Assembly: GCA_018260615.1 (NCBI GenBank)
Contig: JAGWDQ010000022.1
Span: forward strand, 1 to 13,037
Length of the DNA: 13,037 nucleotides
Direction of reading: 5' to 3'
From: Candidatus Altarchaeum sp.
Lineage (GTDB): Archaea > Altiarchaeota > Altiarchaeia > Altiarchaeales > Altiarchaeaceae
A program made the translations under genes and the position numbers. Below, in pieces: positions 1 to 7,069 of this stretch. A model generated the notes under the pieces. That model was not told the DNA's origin and ran no database searches. It saw only the letters and a list, made by a program, of their open reading frames with translations. The first letter of the stretch is position 1. Every line of letters begins with the position of its first letter.

Positions 1-57
1 CACCAAGACACAGAGACACAAAGGAGTTATATTCTGTAACCTGGTGACTTTGTGGCT
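1..57. repeat. 8-bp-periodic imperfect inverted repeat (REP-like), truncated by the window start
   Basis: Units CACCAAGA/CACAGAGA/CACAAAGG at 1-24. The reverse complement of 41-57 is AGCCACAAAGTCACCAG, the same periodic unit on the other strand. CACAAAG (17-23) pairs with CTTTGTG (48-54). Confidence 0.6.
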
Positions 58-107
58 TTTTCAAAACCCAAAGGTTTTGAAAATATCCGAGCAACAGCGA
101 GGTTATT
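58..107. repeat. Dispersed hairpin + conserved tail repeat (second copy at 6478..6526)
   Basis: 11-bp stem TTTTCAAAACC-caaa-GGTTTTGAAAA followed by TATCCGAGCAACAGCGAGGTTATT. 80-107 matches 6499-6526 at 26/28 positions, and the second copy is also preceded by an 11-bp stem with a 4-nt loop. Confidence 0.8.
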
Positions 108-168
108 GTGTGAATATTCTTCTGATTTTTTTAAAATTACTTTAAAATTTGTTTTTAAACATTAAATT

Positions 169-2964
169 TTACTCAGCTTTTTTAAATTTCCTCCTTAAAA
201 ATTTCTCAATTTCAACCGCAACGAAAGCAGAAAGAAGGGTCATGAGCAAAATCGGCCACCATTCCAGAGGAAATGCCGCTGTTCTGAAAATTTCCTGAAG
301 CGGTTGAATATAGGTTATCATCAATTGTGCCCCGAAGGCAATTGCCACTCCGATAATTATCCATTTATTTGAAAACGGGCTGAAAGTGAACGCCGACTTA
401 TAGATCGAACGGGCAGTAAATAAAAATCCGATATGGACGAGTTTAACTGCCATAAAGGCCGCTGTTTGCGCCTGAGTTAGTAACAGCAAATCAGCAGTTC
501 CGTCAATATTTCCGTTTAAAGCAAAATTTCCAAAATAATAATAGACCCCGAAAGCAGAAACAATCATCATTATTGAAACAATTGCAAGCCGTGTAATGAA
601 CAATTCATTAATTAGTTTTTCTCCCTGATCTCTTGGCCTGGCTTTCAGCAGACCTTTTTCTTTCTGTTCCATTATTAAAGGCAGAGTGAGAAAGACAGCA
701 TCCGTTAAATTTATCCATAAAATATGTATCGGCTCTAACGGAAGCCGCAAGGCAAAAAGAGGGATGAAGGGAGCAAGTAATATTGCAAAAAATATAATAA
801 ATCCCTGAGCGGTATTTGTCGGAATAGTAAATAGCATGGTTTTCTGGAAATTTTTCCATACATGTCTTCCTTCTTCAACTGCATTAACAATCGTCGCAAA
901 ATTATCATCTGCCAGAACCATATCCGATGCCTCTTTACTAACTTCCGTTCCGCTTATACCCATCGCAATTCCGATATCTGCATTTTTCAAAGCCGGCGCA
1001 TCATTCACACCATCCCCTGTAACTGCCACAACATGCCCTTTCTTTTGAATTTGTGTTACTATTCTGAATTTATCTTCCGGAGAAGTTCTCGCATAAACCG
1101 AAATTTCATCTGCAATTTTATATAACGCCTCATCACTGAGCTTTGCTAAGTCTTCTCCGCTTAAAAATTGAGCCCCTTCTTTGTAAAAGCCAATTTGTTT
1201 TGCGATCGCTTTTGCCGTTTCAGTATGGTCTCCGGTTATCATAACTACTTTTATTCCCGCACTTTTGCATTTTTCAATTGCGTCAATAACCTCTTCTCTC
1301 GGAGGGTCTATCATTCCCTGAGTTCCTGAAAATGTTAAACCCCGTAAGTCAGCCACATCAAGATTTGTTTTTTCTTTATCTACAACTTTATAAGCGATGG
1401 CAATCAGCCGTAAAGCGCCTTTTGCCATTTCATGCGCACTTTTCAAAATTTCCTCTCTTTCAATATCGGCAAGGTTTATAATCTTTCCGTCAGTTAACTG
1501 ATATTTGCACATTTCTAAAATTTTTTCAGGAGAACCCTTAACATATATTATCCTGCCATCTTCTTTGGAATGTAAAGTTGCCATATATTGCAGTTCCGAT
1601 TCAAAAGGAATCTCGTCTGTTTTCTGAAATTTTTCAGCGTTTATGTGTATGTTGGCTTTTGTTGCCGAGACAATTAATGCTCCTTCTGTCGGGTCTCCAA
1701 CTATGCTGTATTCTCCTTTTTCCTCCGCAAGATGTGCGTTATTGCATAAATATCCTCCCTGCAAGGTCTCCATAAGTTCCATCGGTTGTGTTGATGGATT
1801 TATTTCTTTATCTTTCAGAATAAATTTCCCCTCCGGTTTATAGCCCACTCCACTCACAACATAAAATTTTTTCCCGGAATAAATTTTAACCACAGTCATC
1901 TGGTTTTTTGTCAGGGTTCCTGTTTTGTCCGTGCATATAACTGTCGTACATCCCAGTGTTTCTGCCGCAGGTAAATTTCTTATAATTGCATTTTTCTTTG
2001 CCATTGCTACCGAGGCAATTGCGAGAAGTGCTATTACTATAACCGGCAGTGCTTCGGGAATAACCGCAACGGCAAATGAGACGGATGCCAAAAAAGAATA
2101 AATTAAAGAAAACCCCATCACCACTCCCAATATAAAATTTATGAGGGTAAATACCAGCGTTGCAATTATTATAAGTTTTATGAATTCCTCTATCTTTTTT
2201 GTCAGGGGGGTTGAAATTTTATGTGTCGCTTCAACAAGTTTAGCTATTTTTCCGAATTCTGTTTTCATAGATGTTGCCACTACAACGCCATTTCCAATTC
2301 CCCTTGTAACATAAGTTCCGCTAAATGCTATGCATCTCTGGTCGGATAAAGATAAATTTTGTCCGTTGATTATTTCATCGTTTTTATGTGAGGGGATGGA
2401 TTCTCCGGTTAATATTGATTCATCTATTTCTAAATTTTTAACATAAAATAGTCGCAAATCAGCGGGAACTTTTTTTCCGCTTTCAATCTCCACTATATCT
2501 CCAATTACTAAATTTTTTGCATCTATATTTTTCTTTTTTCCATCCCTGATGACGGTGCATTCATGAACTGTCATCCTTCTCAGCGCTTCTATTGCTGATT
2601 CTGCTTTTCCTTCCAGAATAAACCCGACGATTGCATTCAGAAAAACGCACAGCAAGATAACTATAACCTCGCTCCGCATATCTATCTTCTCTCCCCATAT
2701 ACCTTCTCCCCAGATAGTTAGAAATGCGCATATTATCGCAGAGGCAAGCAAAACATATATCAGAGGATTGTGAAACTGAAGCAGAAATCTTATAAGCGGA
2801 CTGCGTTTTTTGATTTTTAATTCATTATATCCGTATTTCTTTAGCCGTAATTTTGCCTCTTCATCGCTGAGTCCTTTGCTATCTGTGGATAACTCTGAAA
2901 AAATTTCTTCTGTGGGTTTGTTATAGTAATTATTTGTGCTATTATTATTCTTATTATTTTTCAT
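169..2964 (-). CDS. P-type cation-transporting ATPase, P2 type (PacL/CtpF-like); substrate uncertain
   Basis: 931 aa. Motifs GLSDEEAKLRLKKYGYN, LTGES, IPEALP, DKTGTLT (phosphorylated Asp), KGSPE, MITGD and TGDGVNDAPALK, plus hydrophobic segments consistent with about 10 TM helices. Confidence 0.96.
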   Translation of the reverse strand: MKNNKNNNSTNNYYNKPTEEIFSELSTDSKGLSDEEAKLRLKKYGYNELKIKKRSPLIRFLLQFHNPLIYVLLASAIICAFLTIWGEGIWGEKIDMRSEVIVILLCVFLNAIVGFILEGKAESAIEALRRMTVHECTVIRDGKKKNIDAKNLVIGDIVEIESGKKVPADLRLFYVKNLEIDESILTGESIPSHKNDEIINGQNLSLSDQRCIAFSGTYVTRGIGNGVVVATSMKTEFGKIAKLVEATHKISTPLTKKIEEFIKLIIIATLVFTLINFILGVVMGFSLIYSFLASVSFAVAVIPEALPVIVIALLAIASVAMAKKNAIIRNLPAAETLGCTTVICTDKTGTLTKNQMTVVKIYSGKKFYVVSGVGYKPEGKFILKDKEINPSTQPMELMETLQGGYLCNNAHLAEEKGEYSIVGDPTEGALIVSATKANIHINAEKFQKTDEIPFESELQYMATLHSKEDGRIIYVKGSPEKILEMCKYQLTDGKIINLADIEREEILKSAHEMAKGALRLIAIAYKVVDKEKTNLDVADLRGLTFSGTQGMIDPPREEVIDAIEKCKSAGIKVVMITGDHTETAKAIAKQIGFYKEGAQFLSGEDLAKLSDEALYKIADEISVYARTSPEDKFRIVTQIQKKGHVVAVTGDGVNDAPALKNADIGIAMGISGTEVSKEASDMVLADDNFATIVNAVEEGRHVWKNFQKTMLFTIPTNTAQGFIIFFAILLAPFIPLFALRLPLEPIHILWINLTDAVFLTLPLIMEQKEKGLLKARPRDQGEKLINELFITRLAIVSIMMIVSAFGVYYYFGNFALNGNIDGTADLLLLTQAQTAAFMAVKLVHIGFLFTARSIYKSAFTFSPFSNKWIIIGVAIAFGAQLMITYIQPLQEIFRTAAFPLEWWPILLMTLLSAFVAVEIEKFLRRKFKKAE

Positions 2965-3248
2965 TTTGGAAATAAATTAATAATTGAATGTATGAATTAA
3001 ATTTTGATAAAATGTTTATCTCTATTTTAGAAACAATTTCCAAAGAAATTTAACACATCAATGTATCAGTTCCTTTAACTCAGAATTCCCTGACTCCCTT
3101 TTTTATTTAAATTCATTCTTAATACATAATCACTAAATCACAAACTTTTTTAAAATGTTTGTGAAAATAAGATATGAAAAACCGCAGAGATTAAAAGAGT
3201 TAGGTTCTTATTCAATAATGAGTGATTATTTAAATTAAATTTCAAAAA

Positions 3249-4217
3249 ATGAATGCCATTGCAGTAACAACACCGAGCAGATTGCACTTTTCACTGCTCG
3301 ATTTAAATGGAGAAATCGGAAGGATTGACGGCGGATTTGGCGTTGCACTTCAGAATCCGAATTTTAAAATTCTCGTTGAAAAGGCAAAACAAACAGGAAT
3401 TTTTGGAACAACTGATACAAAGACCTGTGAAGAAATTTTAAAAATTTTAAGCACAATAAAGAAAAAATATGACCTTAAAAACGAGTACAAAATTTCCCTT
3501 AAATCCGAAATTCCGAGACACAGCGGATTCGGCTCAACAACGCAGTTAAATTTGGCAATAACCAGTGCTGTGTTGAAATTGGAGGAAATTTTTCTTTCTC
3601 CGTCTGAAATTGCGATGACTGTTAAAAGAGGCGGAACGAGCGGGATTGGAGTTAAGGCGTTTGAAAGCGGCGGATTTATTGTTGATGTCGGGCATAAATT
3701 TGGAAAAGGCAAAGAAAAGGCAGCATTTCTTCCTTCATCTGTTTCAGATGCAAAGCCGGCTAAAATTTTATTCAGGCAGGACTTTCCGGATGACTGGATT
3801 TTTGTCTGTGCCGTTCGGAAAATCAGGAAAATTTATGCGGAAAGCGAGGTTGAAATTTTTAAAAAATATTGTCCTGTGAACAGAAGGGATGTTGAAATGT
3901 TATCGCACTTATTACTTATGAAGATTTTACCTGCGGTAATTGAGCAGGATATAGAAAATTTTGGTGACGGCTTAAAGGAAGTGCAAAATCTGGGATTCAA
4001 AAAGATTGAGGTTGAAATTTCGGGTCTGAAAAATTTTATGGATGAATTAAGCAAAATTTCTTACGGGGCGGGGTTAAGTTCATTCGGGCCTTGCGTTTAT
4101 GCTTTGACGAAAGGTAAAAAGCATGCGGAGGAAGTAAGGAGTTATCTGAATGAAAAAGGGATAAAAAATTTTGTATGCATGCCAAATAATAAAGGGGCGT
4201 ATTTTGAATATTTCTGA
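3249..4217 (+). CDS. mptG: Beta-ribofuranosylaminobenzene 5'-phosphate (beta-RFAP) synthase, GHMP-kinase fold, first step of methanopterin biosynthesis
   Basis: 322 aa. N-terminal TPSRLHFSLLDLNG..GRIDGG.G, IPRHSGFGSTTQ, RGGTSGIGV.AF..GGFIVD.GH and C-terminal GLSSFGP are characteristic of the archaeal RFAP synthase family (recognised by eye). Confidence 0.88.
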   Translation: MNAIAVTTPSRLHFSLLDLNGEIGRIDGGFGVALQNPNFKILVEKAKQTGIFGTTDTKTCEEILKILSTIKKKYDLKNEYKISLKSEIPRHSGFGSTTQLNLAITSAVLKLEEIFLSPSEIAMTVKRGGTSGIGVKAFESGGFIVDVGHKFGKGKEKAAFLPSSVSDAKPAKILFRQDFPDDWIFVCAVRKIRKIYAESEVEIFKKYCPVNRRDVEMLSHLLLMKILPAVIEQDIENFGDGLKEVQNLGFKKIEVEISGLKNFMDELSKISYGAGLSSFGPCVYALTKGKKHAEEVRSYLNEKGIKNFVCMPNNKGAYFEYF

Positions 4218-4245
4218 GTAAAACAAAACAAAATTTAAAGCACAT

Positions 4246-6315
4246 TCAATCTTGATTTCCGGCAATTTTTTCTAATACATCTATAACATCAAAAATATCA
4301 ATATTGCCACCTATATTTACATCCATGCATTCCCATTTTTCAAATCCGAGAATGCCTTGAATTATGTAAAAAGCGTCGGAAATTTCTATTTTTCCATTTC
4401 CGTCGGCATCTTTTCCATTACATTCACATCTATGTGCTAACAGATTGCATATTTTCTTGTTTTCACACTCGTATATTGAAGAAATACATTTATGGTCACA
4501 CACAAATTGATTTGACTGCGGGCAGGTAAATATACAATTGTTGTTCTGGCAGAAGGCATCCAATGGGCAATGAGCATCGGAAGAACACGGAATATTTGTG
4601 GATGTATTTGAGATAGTAGCATTTGTGGGGTGCGAGTATTTTCCCAAAGCATTGAAATGTAAATATTGCAATGAGTTTGGAATACTTACAACAATTAAAT
4701 CATATTCTTCATCTGTGTTTGTATGTTCCAAATCCAAAAACATGGAAAAATTTATCTTTTTTGTCTCATTTGCATCTAAATGTATGCTTTTTTGTTGTTC
4801 TATCACACCCGAAAAATAAGTATGTCCGTAAGCATGTTTTATCTTTCTAATATAAACAGAAACATTAACATCTTTTTCATCTCCATAATTAACAACACTT
4901 GCAATTATTGAATAATTGCTTTCATTATTTAAATAACTTAAATTCGTTAGTATTGTTTCAGATATTCCCAACGCACAAATTTCATTATCAAATCCGATTA
5001 AAATTTTATCATTGACAATCATTGCTTTCATCCATTCACTATTCCTTTCTCCCAACACAAACTGCTCCACAATTTTTCCGTCGCTTTCGTTTATTAATAA
5101 TCCATCAATCGTTGTGTTAGTTTCACTTTCAACAAATAAAAAGCTGCCAAAAAAGTTAAGGGAGGAAATCGTCTCATTCTCCATTGAAATATTCCATAGC
5201 ACTTCGTCAAAATTTGTTGAATAGATATGACTTTCATTAAATGCAAATAGTTTATTATTTTTCAATTCAAAGTCCTTTGCCGAAAAATCTGATGTTTTTA
5301 TAATATCTCCGTTGCTTTCATTTATTTTGCTAATTTTTCCATCATGAAGAATAAATAAATCATCTGAAAATTTCACTTCGGTTATATTTACAAATGTTTT
5401 ATTCCATAAAATATCTCCATTTGTGCTATTCAATGCAAATATTGTGTTATTATCAAAAGAGATAATAAAAATTTTATCTTCTGAAACAATAATTTTCTCA
5501 ACGCTTAAATTTTCTGGAATTGTAATGCTCCACACAACACTTCCATTTGAGGAATTTAAGGCATAAACATTTTTAGAAGCAAATAATAAATCTTCTCTTG
5601 AAACATTATATGTTCCATTACTTACAAAACAACTCCCTTTTACTAAAGGCAGATTTGTCGCAGAATAAAATGTAAAAATATACTGGTCTTTATACTTTGT
5701 TGGTTTTGATATTATTAAATTAGGCGCAGTAGCAGAATGACCGGGACCACAACCATAAACTTCAGGATTTTTTATTTCATTTTTTAATTCCTCTATCACT
5801 TGAGACATATTGAATAAAGCATTAAAATAAGATATTGAAATGTTGCGTTCCCATAAAATTTCACCGTTTGATATGTTTATTGCTACAATATGCTTGAAAT
5901 AATTAATATGAGGCAGTTGAAAAATTCCTATAACAATTTCTTCATTCTCGGCAGAATCGGATATCTTTGTTAATCTTTTAGTTCCATAATTGCCAATTTT
6001 TTGTATTTTTCCATCAGATACATTCACAACTACCAATAAAGAATGGGGAACATACCATACAGGATAATTCGTAAGGGAAATTATTTTATCATCTTTACGT
6101 ATAACACTTTCTGTATCAATATCTTCATAAACATATTCAGTATTGTTATAAGGATAAAAATCGCACCATAAAATACTATTTATCAAGGACTGGTTTTCAG
6201 GAGTAGAATTTATCAACGAACTTCTATTCACATTGCCTGGGTGTCCGATACAACCACAAATAACACCAATTACAATTACTGCTAACAGTACCAATAACAA
6301 AGATTTTGATTCCAT
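4246..6315 (-). CDS. Cell-surface lipoprotein: PQQ-like beta-propeller, Ig/CARDB-like domain, Cys-rich module and C-terminal dockerin
   Basis: Start placed at MESK (ATG 6315) because the ORF-track ATG at 6336 lies inside a terminal inverted repeat. Signal MESKSLLLVLLAVIVIGVICG-C is lipobox-like. Propeller repeats include VYALNSSNGSVVW, IFALNSTNGDILW and IVAINISNGEILW. Cys module starts CSSDAHCPLDAFCQNNNC. Two EF-hand-like repeats DADGNGKIEISD and DVNIGGNIDIFD. About 30 N-x-S/T sequons. Confidence 0.8.
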   Translation of the reverse strand: MESKSLLLVLLAVIVIGVICGCIGHPGNVNRSSLINSTPENQSLINSILWCDFYPYNNTEYVYEDIDTESVIRKDDKIISLTNYPVWYVPHSLLVVVNVSDGKIQKIGNYGTKRLTKISDSAENEEIVIGIFQLPHINYFKHIVAINISNGEILWERNISISYFNALFNMSQVIEELKNEIKNPEVYGCGPGHSATAPNLIISKPTKYKDQYIFTFYSATNLPLVKGSCFVSNGTYNVSREDLLFASKNVYALNSSNGSVVWSITIPENLSVEKIIVSEDKIFIISFDNNTIFALNSTNGDILWNKTFVNITEVKFSDDLFILHDGKISKINESNGDIIKTSDFSAKDFELKNNKLFAFNESHIYSTNFDEVLWNISMENETISSLNFFGSFLFVESETNTTIDGLLINESDGKIVEQFVLGERNSEWMKAMIVNDKILIGFDNEICALGISETILTNLSYLNNESNYSIIASVVNYGDEKDVNVSVYIRKIKHAYGHTYFSGVIEQQKSIHLDANETKKINFSMFLDLEHTNTDEEYDLIVVSIPNSLQYLHFNALGKYSHPTNATISNTSTNIPCSSDAHCPLDAFCQNNNCIFTCPQSNQFVCDHKCISSIYECENKKICNLLAHRCECNGKDADGNGKIEISDAFYIIQGILGFEKWECMDVNIGGNIDIFDVIDVLEKIAGNQD

Positions 6316-6404
6316 ATACATACAAAAGTTTCCCATTTCGCAAAAATTGGTTAATTATTTGTTTTAAATTTAGAAATATTTGATAAAAAAATCTCAAAAA
6401 TTTA

Positions 6405-6898
6405 GGTAGTGTCCCCAAATTATTAACAATGTCTTGATTCCGTCAAGACACCATTAAATAATTATCCTGATAAGGCCATTTTAAAATCACGAGATTTTAA
6501 AATATCCGGGCATCAGCGAGGTTATTTAAAAAATCTCATAGATTTTTTAAAGATTGAAAATTCTCAAAGAATTTTCAGTATTTCAAAAACGCAGAGTTTT
6601 TGAAATCTCAGAATGATAATGAAGTTATTTCAAAATTTATTTTGAAATCTCCGAATGAAATCCGCTCACTCTCGTTCGCGGATTTTTCAAACTTCACCTC
6701 ACTTTGTTCGGAGATTTACAAAATGCTTTGCATTTTGTAAGATTGAAAATCTTACAGATTTTCAGTATTTCAAATCTCTGTGATTTGAAAATCGTTTGAA
6801 AAATGAGATGAAATTAAAAATTATCATTTTAAAAATCTAAATTTATTGTTCGTGGGATAATCCCATCAGAATTTAATTAACGAGTTGGGGACACCACC
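6405..6898. mobile_element. 494-bp non-autonomous element (MITE) with IS1-like GGnnnTG termini
   Basis: Left end GGTAGTGTCCCCAAATTATTAA (6405-6426). Right end (6877-6898) reverse-complements to GGTGGTGTCCCCAACTCGTTAA, 18/22 identical. TTA flanks both ends (6402-6404, 6899-6901). No transposase ORF inside. Confidence 0.78.
6430..6790. repeat. Array of about ten adjacent hairpins/palindromes (BIME/REP-like) with a duplicated three-hairpin module
   Basis: Perfect stems of 8-12 bp at 6430-6450, 6478-6503, 6525-6551, 6555-6577, 6580-6606, 6627-6648, 6658-6685, 6716-6740, 6744-6764 and 6768-6790. An outer stem pairs 6645-6655 with 6707-6717. Confidence 0.9.
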
Positions 6899-7069
6899 TT
6901 ATTTTTTGATAAAAACAAAATGTTTTTTGATAAAAAACAAATTTTAAATAAAAAATAGCAAAATCAAATTAAAAATGGATAAATTTTTGATAAAAACTCT
7001 ATTTCACCAACAGAGTTTTAAACGGTCTCATTCATTTTAACTTGATACATAATAAATTATTAATTATAA

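Larger units (their letters stand above)
6379..6996. repeat. Repeated motif TTTGATAAAAA (4 copies)
   Basis: Copies at 6379-6389, 6905-6915, 6926-6936 and 6986-6996. A TTTTGATAAAA variant lies at 3002-3012 upstream of the ATPase gene. Confidence 0.6.
6323..7044. mobile_element. Tentative degenerate MITE of the same family as 7070..7303, containing the nested 6405..6898 element
   Basis: Left end CAAAAGTTTCCCATTTC (6323-6339) is identical to 7070-7086. The 7 bp left of it (ATACATA, 6316-6322) recur at 7045-7051 directly after a degenerate end (...AACTTG versus expected ...AACTTTTG). Length without the nested element is 225 bp, versus 234 bp for the intact relative. Internal sequences do not align by eye. 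Confidence 0.4.

Noticed and set aside
608-1843. Short ORFs 608..859, 836..1048, 862..1125, 1578..1775 and 1643..1843
   Set aside because: All overlap the P-type ATPase gene, either antisense or in a shifted frame, and show no recognisable motifs.
2920-2964. Asn-rich N-terminus and AAT-like repeats of the ATPase as a phase-variable tract
   Set aside because: Imperfect low-complexity triplets typical of AT-rich genomes; changes would be in-frame.
3126-3229. Inverted repeats ATAATCACT/AGTGATTAT and TCACAAAC/GTTTGTGA in the ATPase-mptG spacer as a MITE or operator
   Set aside because: Only 8-9 bp in AT-rich DNA, with no target duplication and no second copy in the window.
3350-5224. Short ORFs overlapping the RFAP synthase and lipoprotein genes
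   Set aside because: Shadow frames of well-supported genes with no independent evidence.
6316-6336. ORF-track start of the lipoprotein at 6336
   Set aside because: That ATG lies inside a TIR copy; MESK at 6315 gives a clean signal peptide. ATG 6321 remains a minor alternative.
6430-6790. CRISPR array
   Set aside because: No identical repeats separated by unique spacers of constant length; the hairpins are adjacent and vary in sequence; no cas genes in the window.
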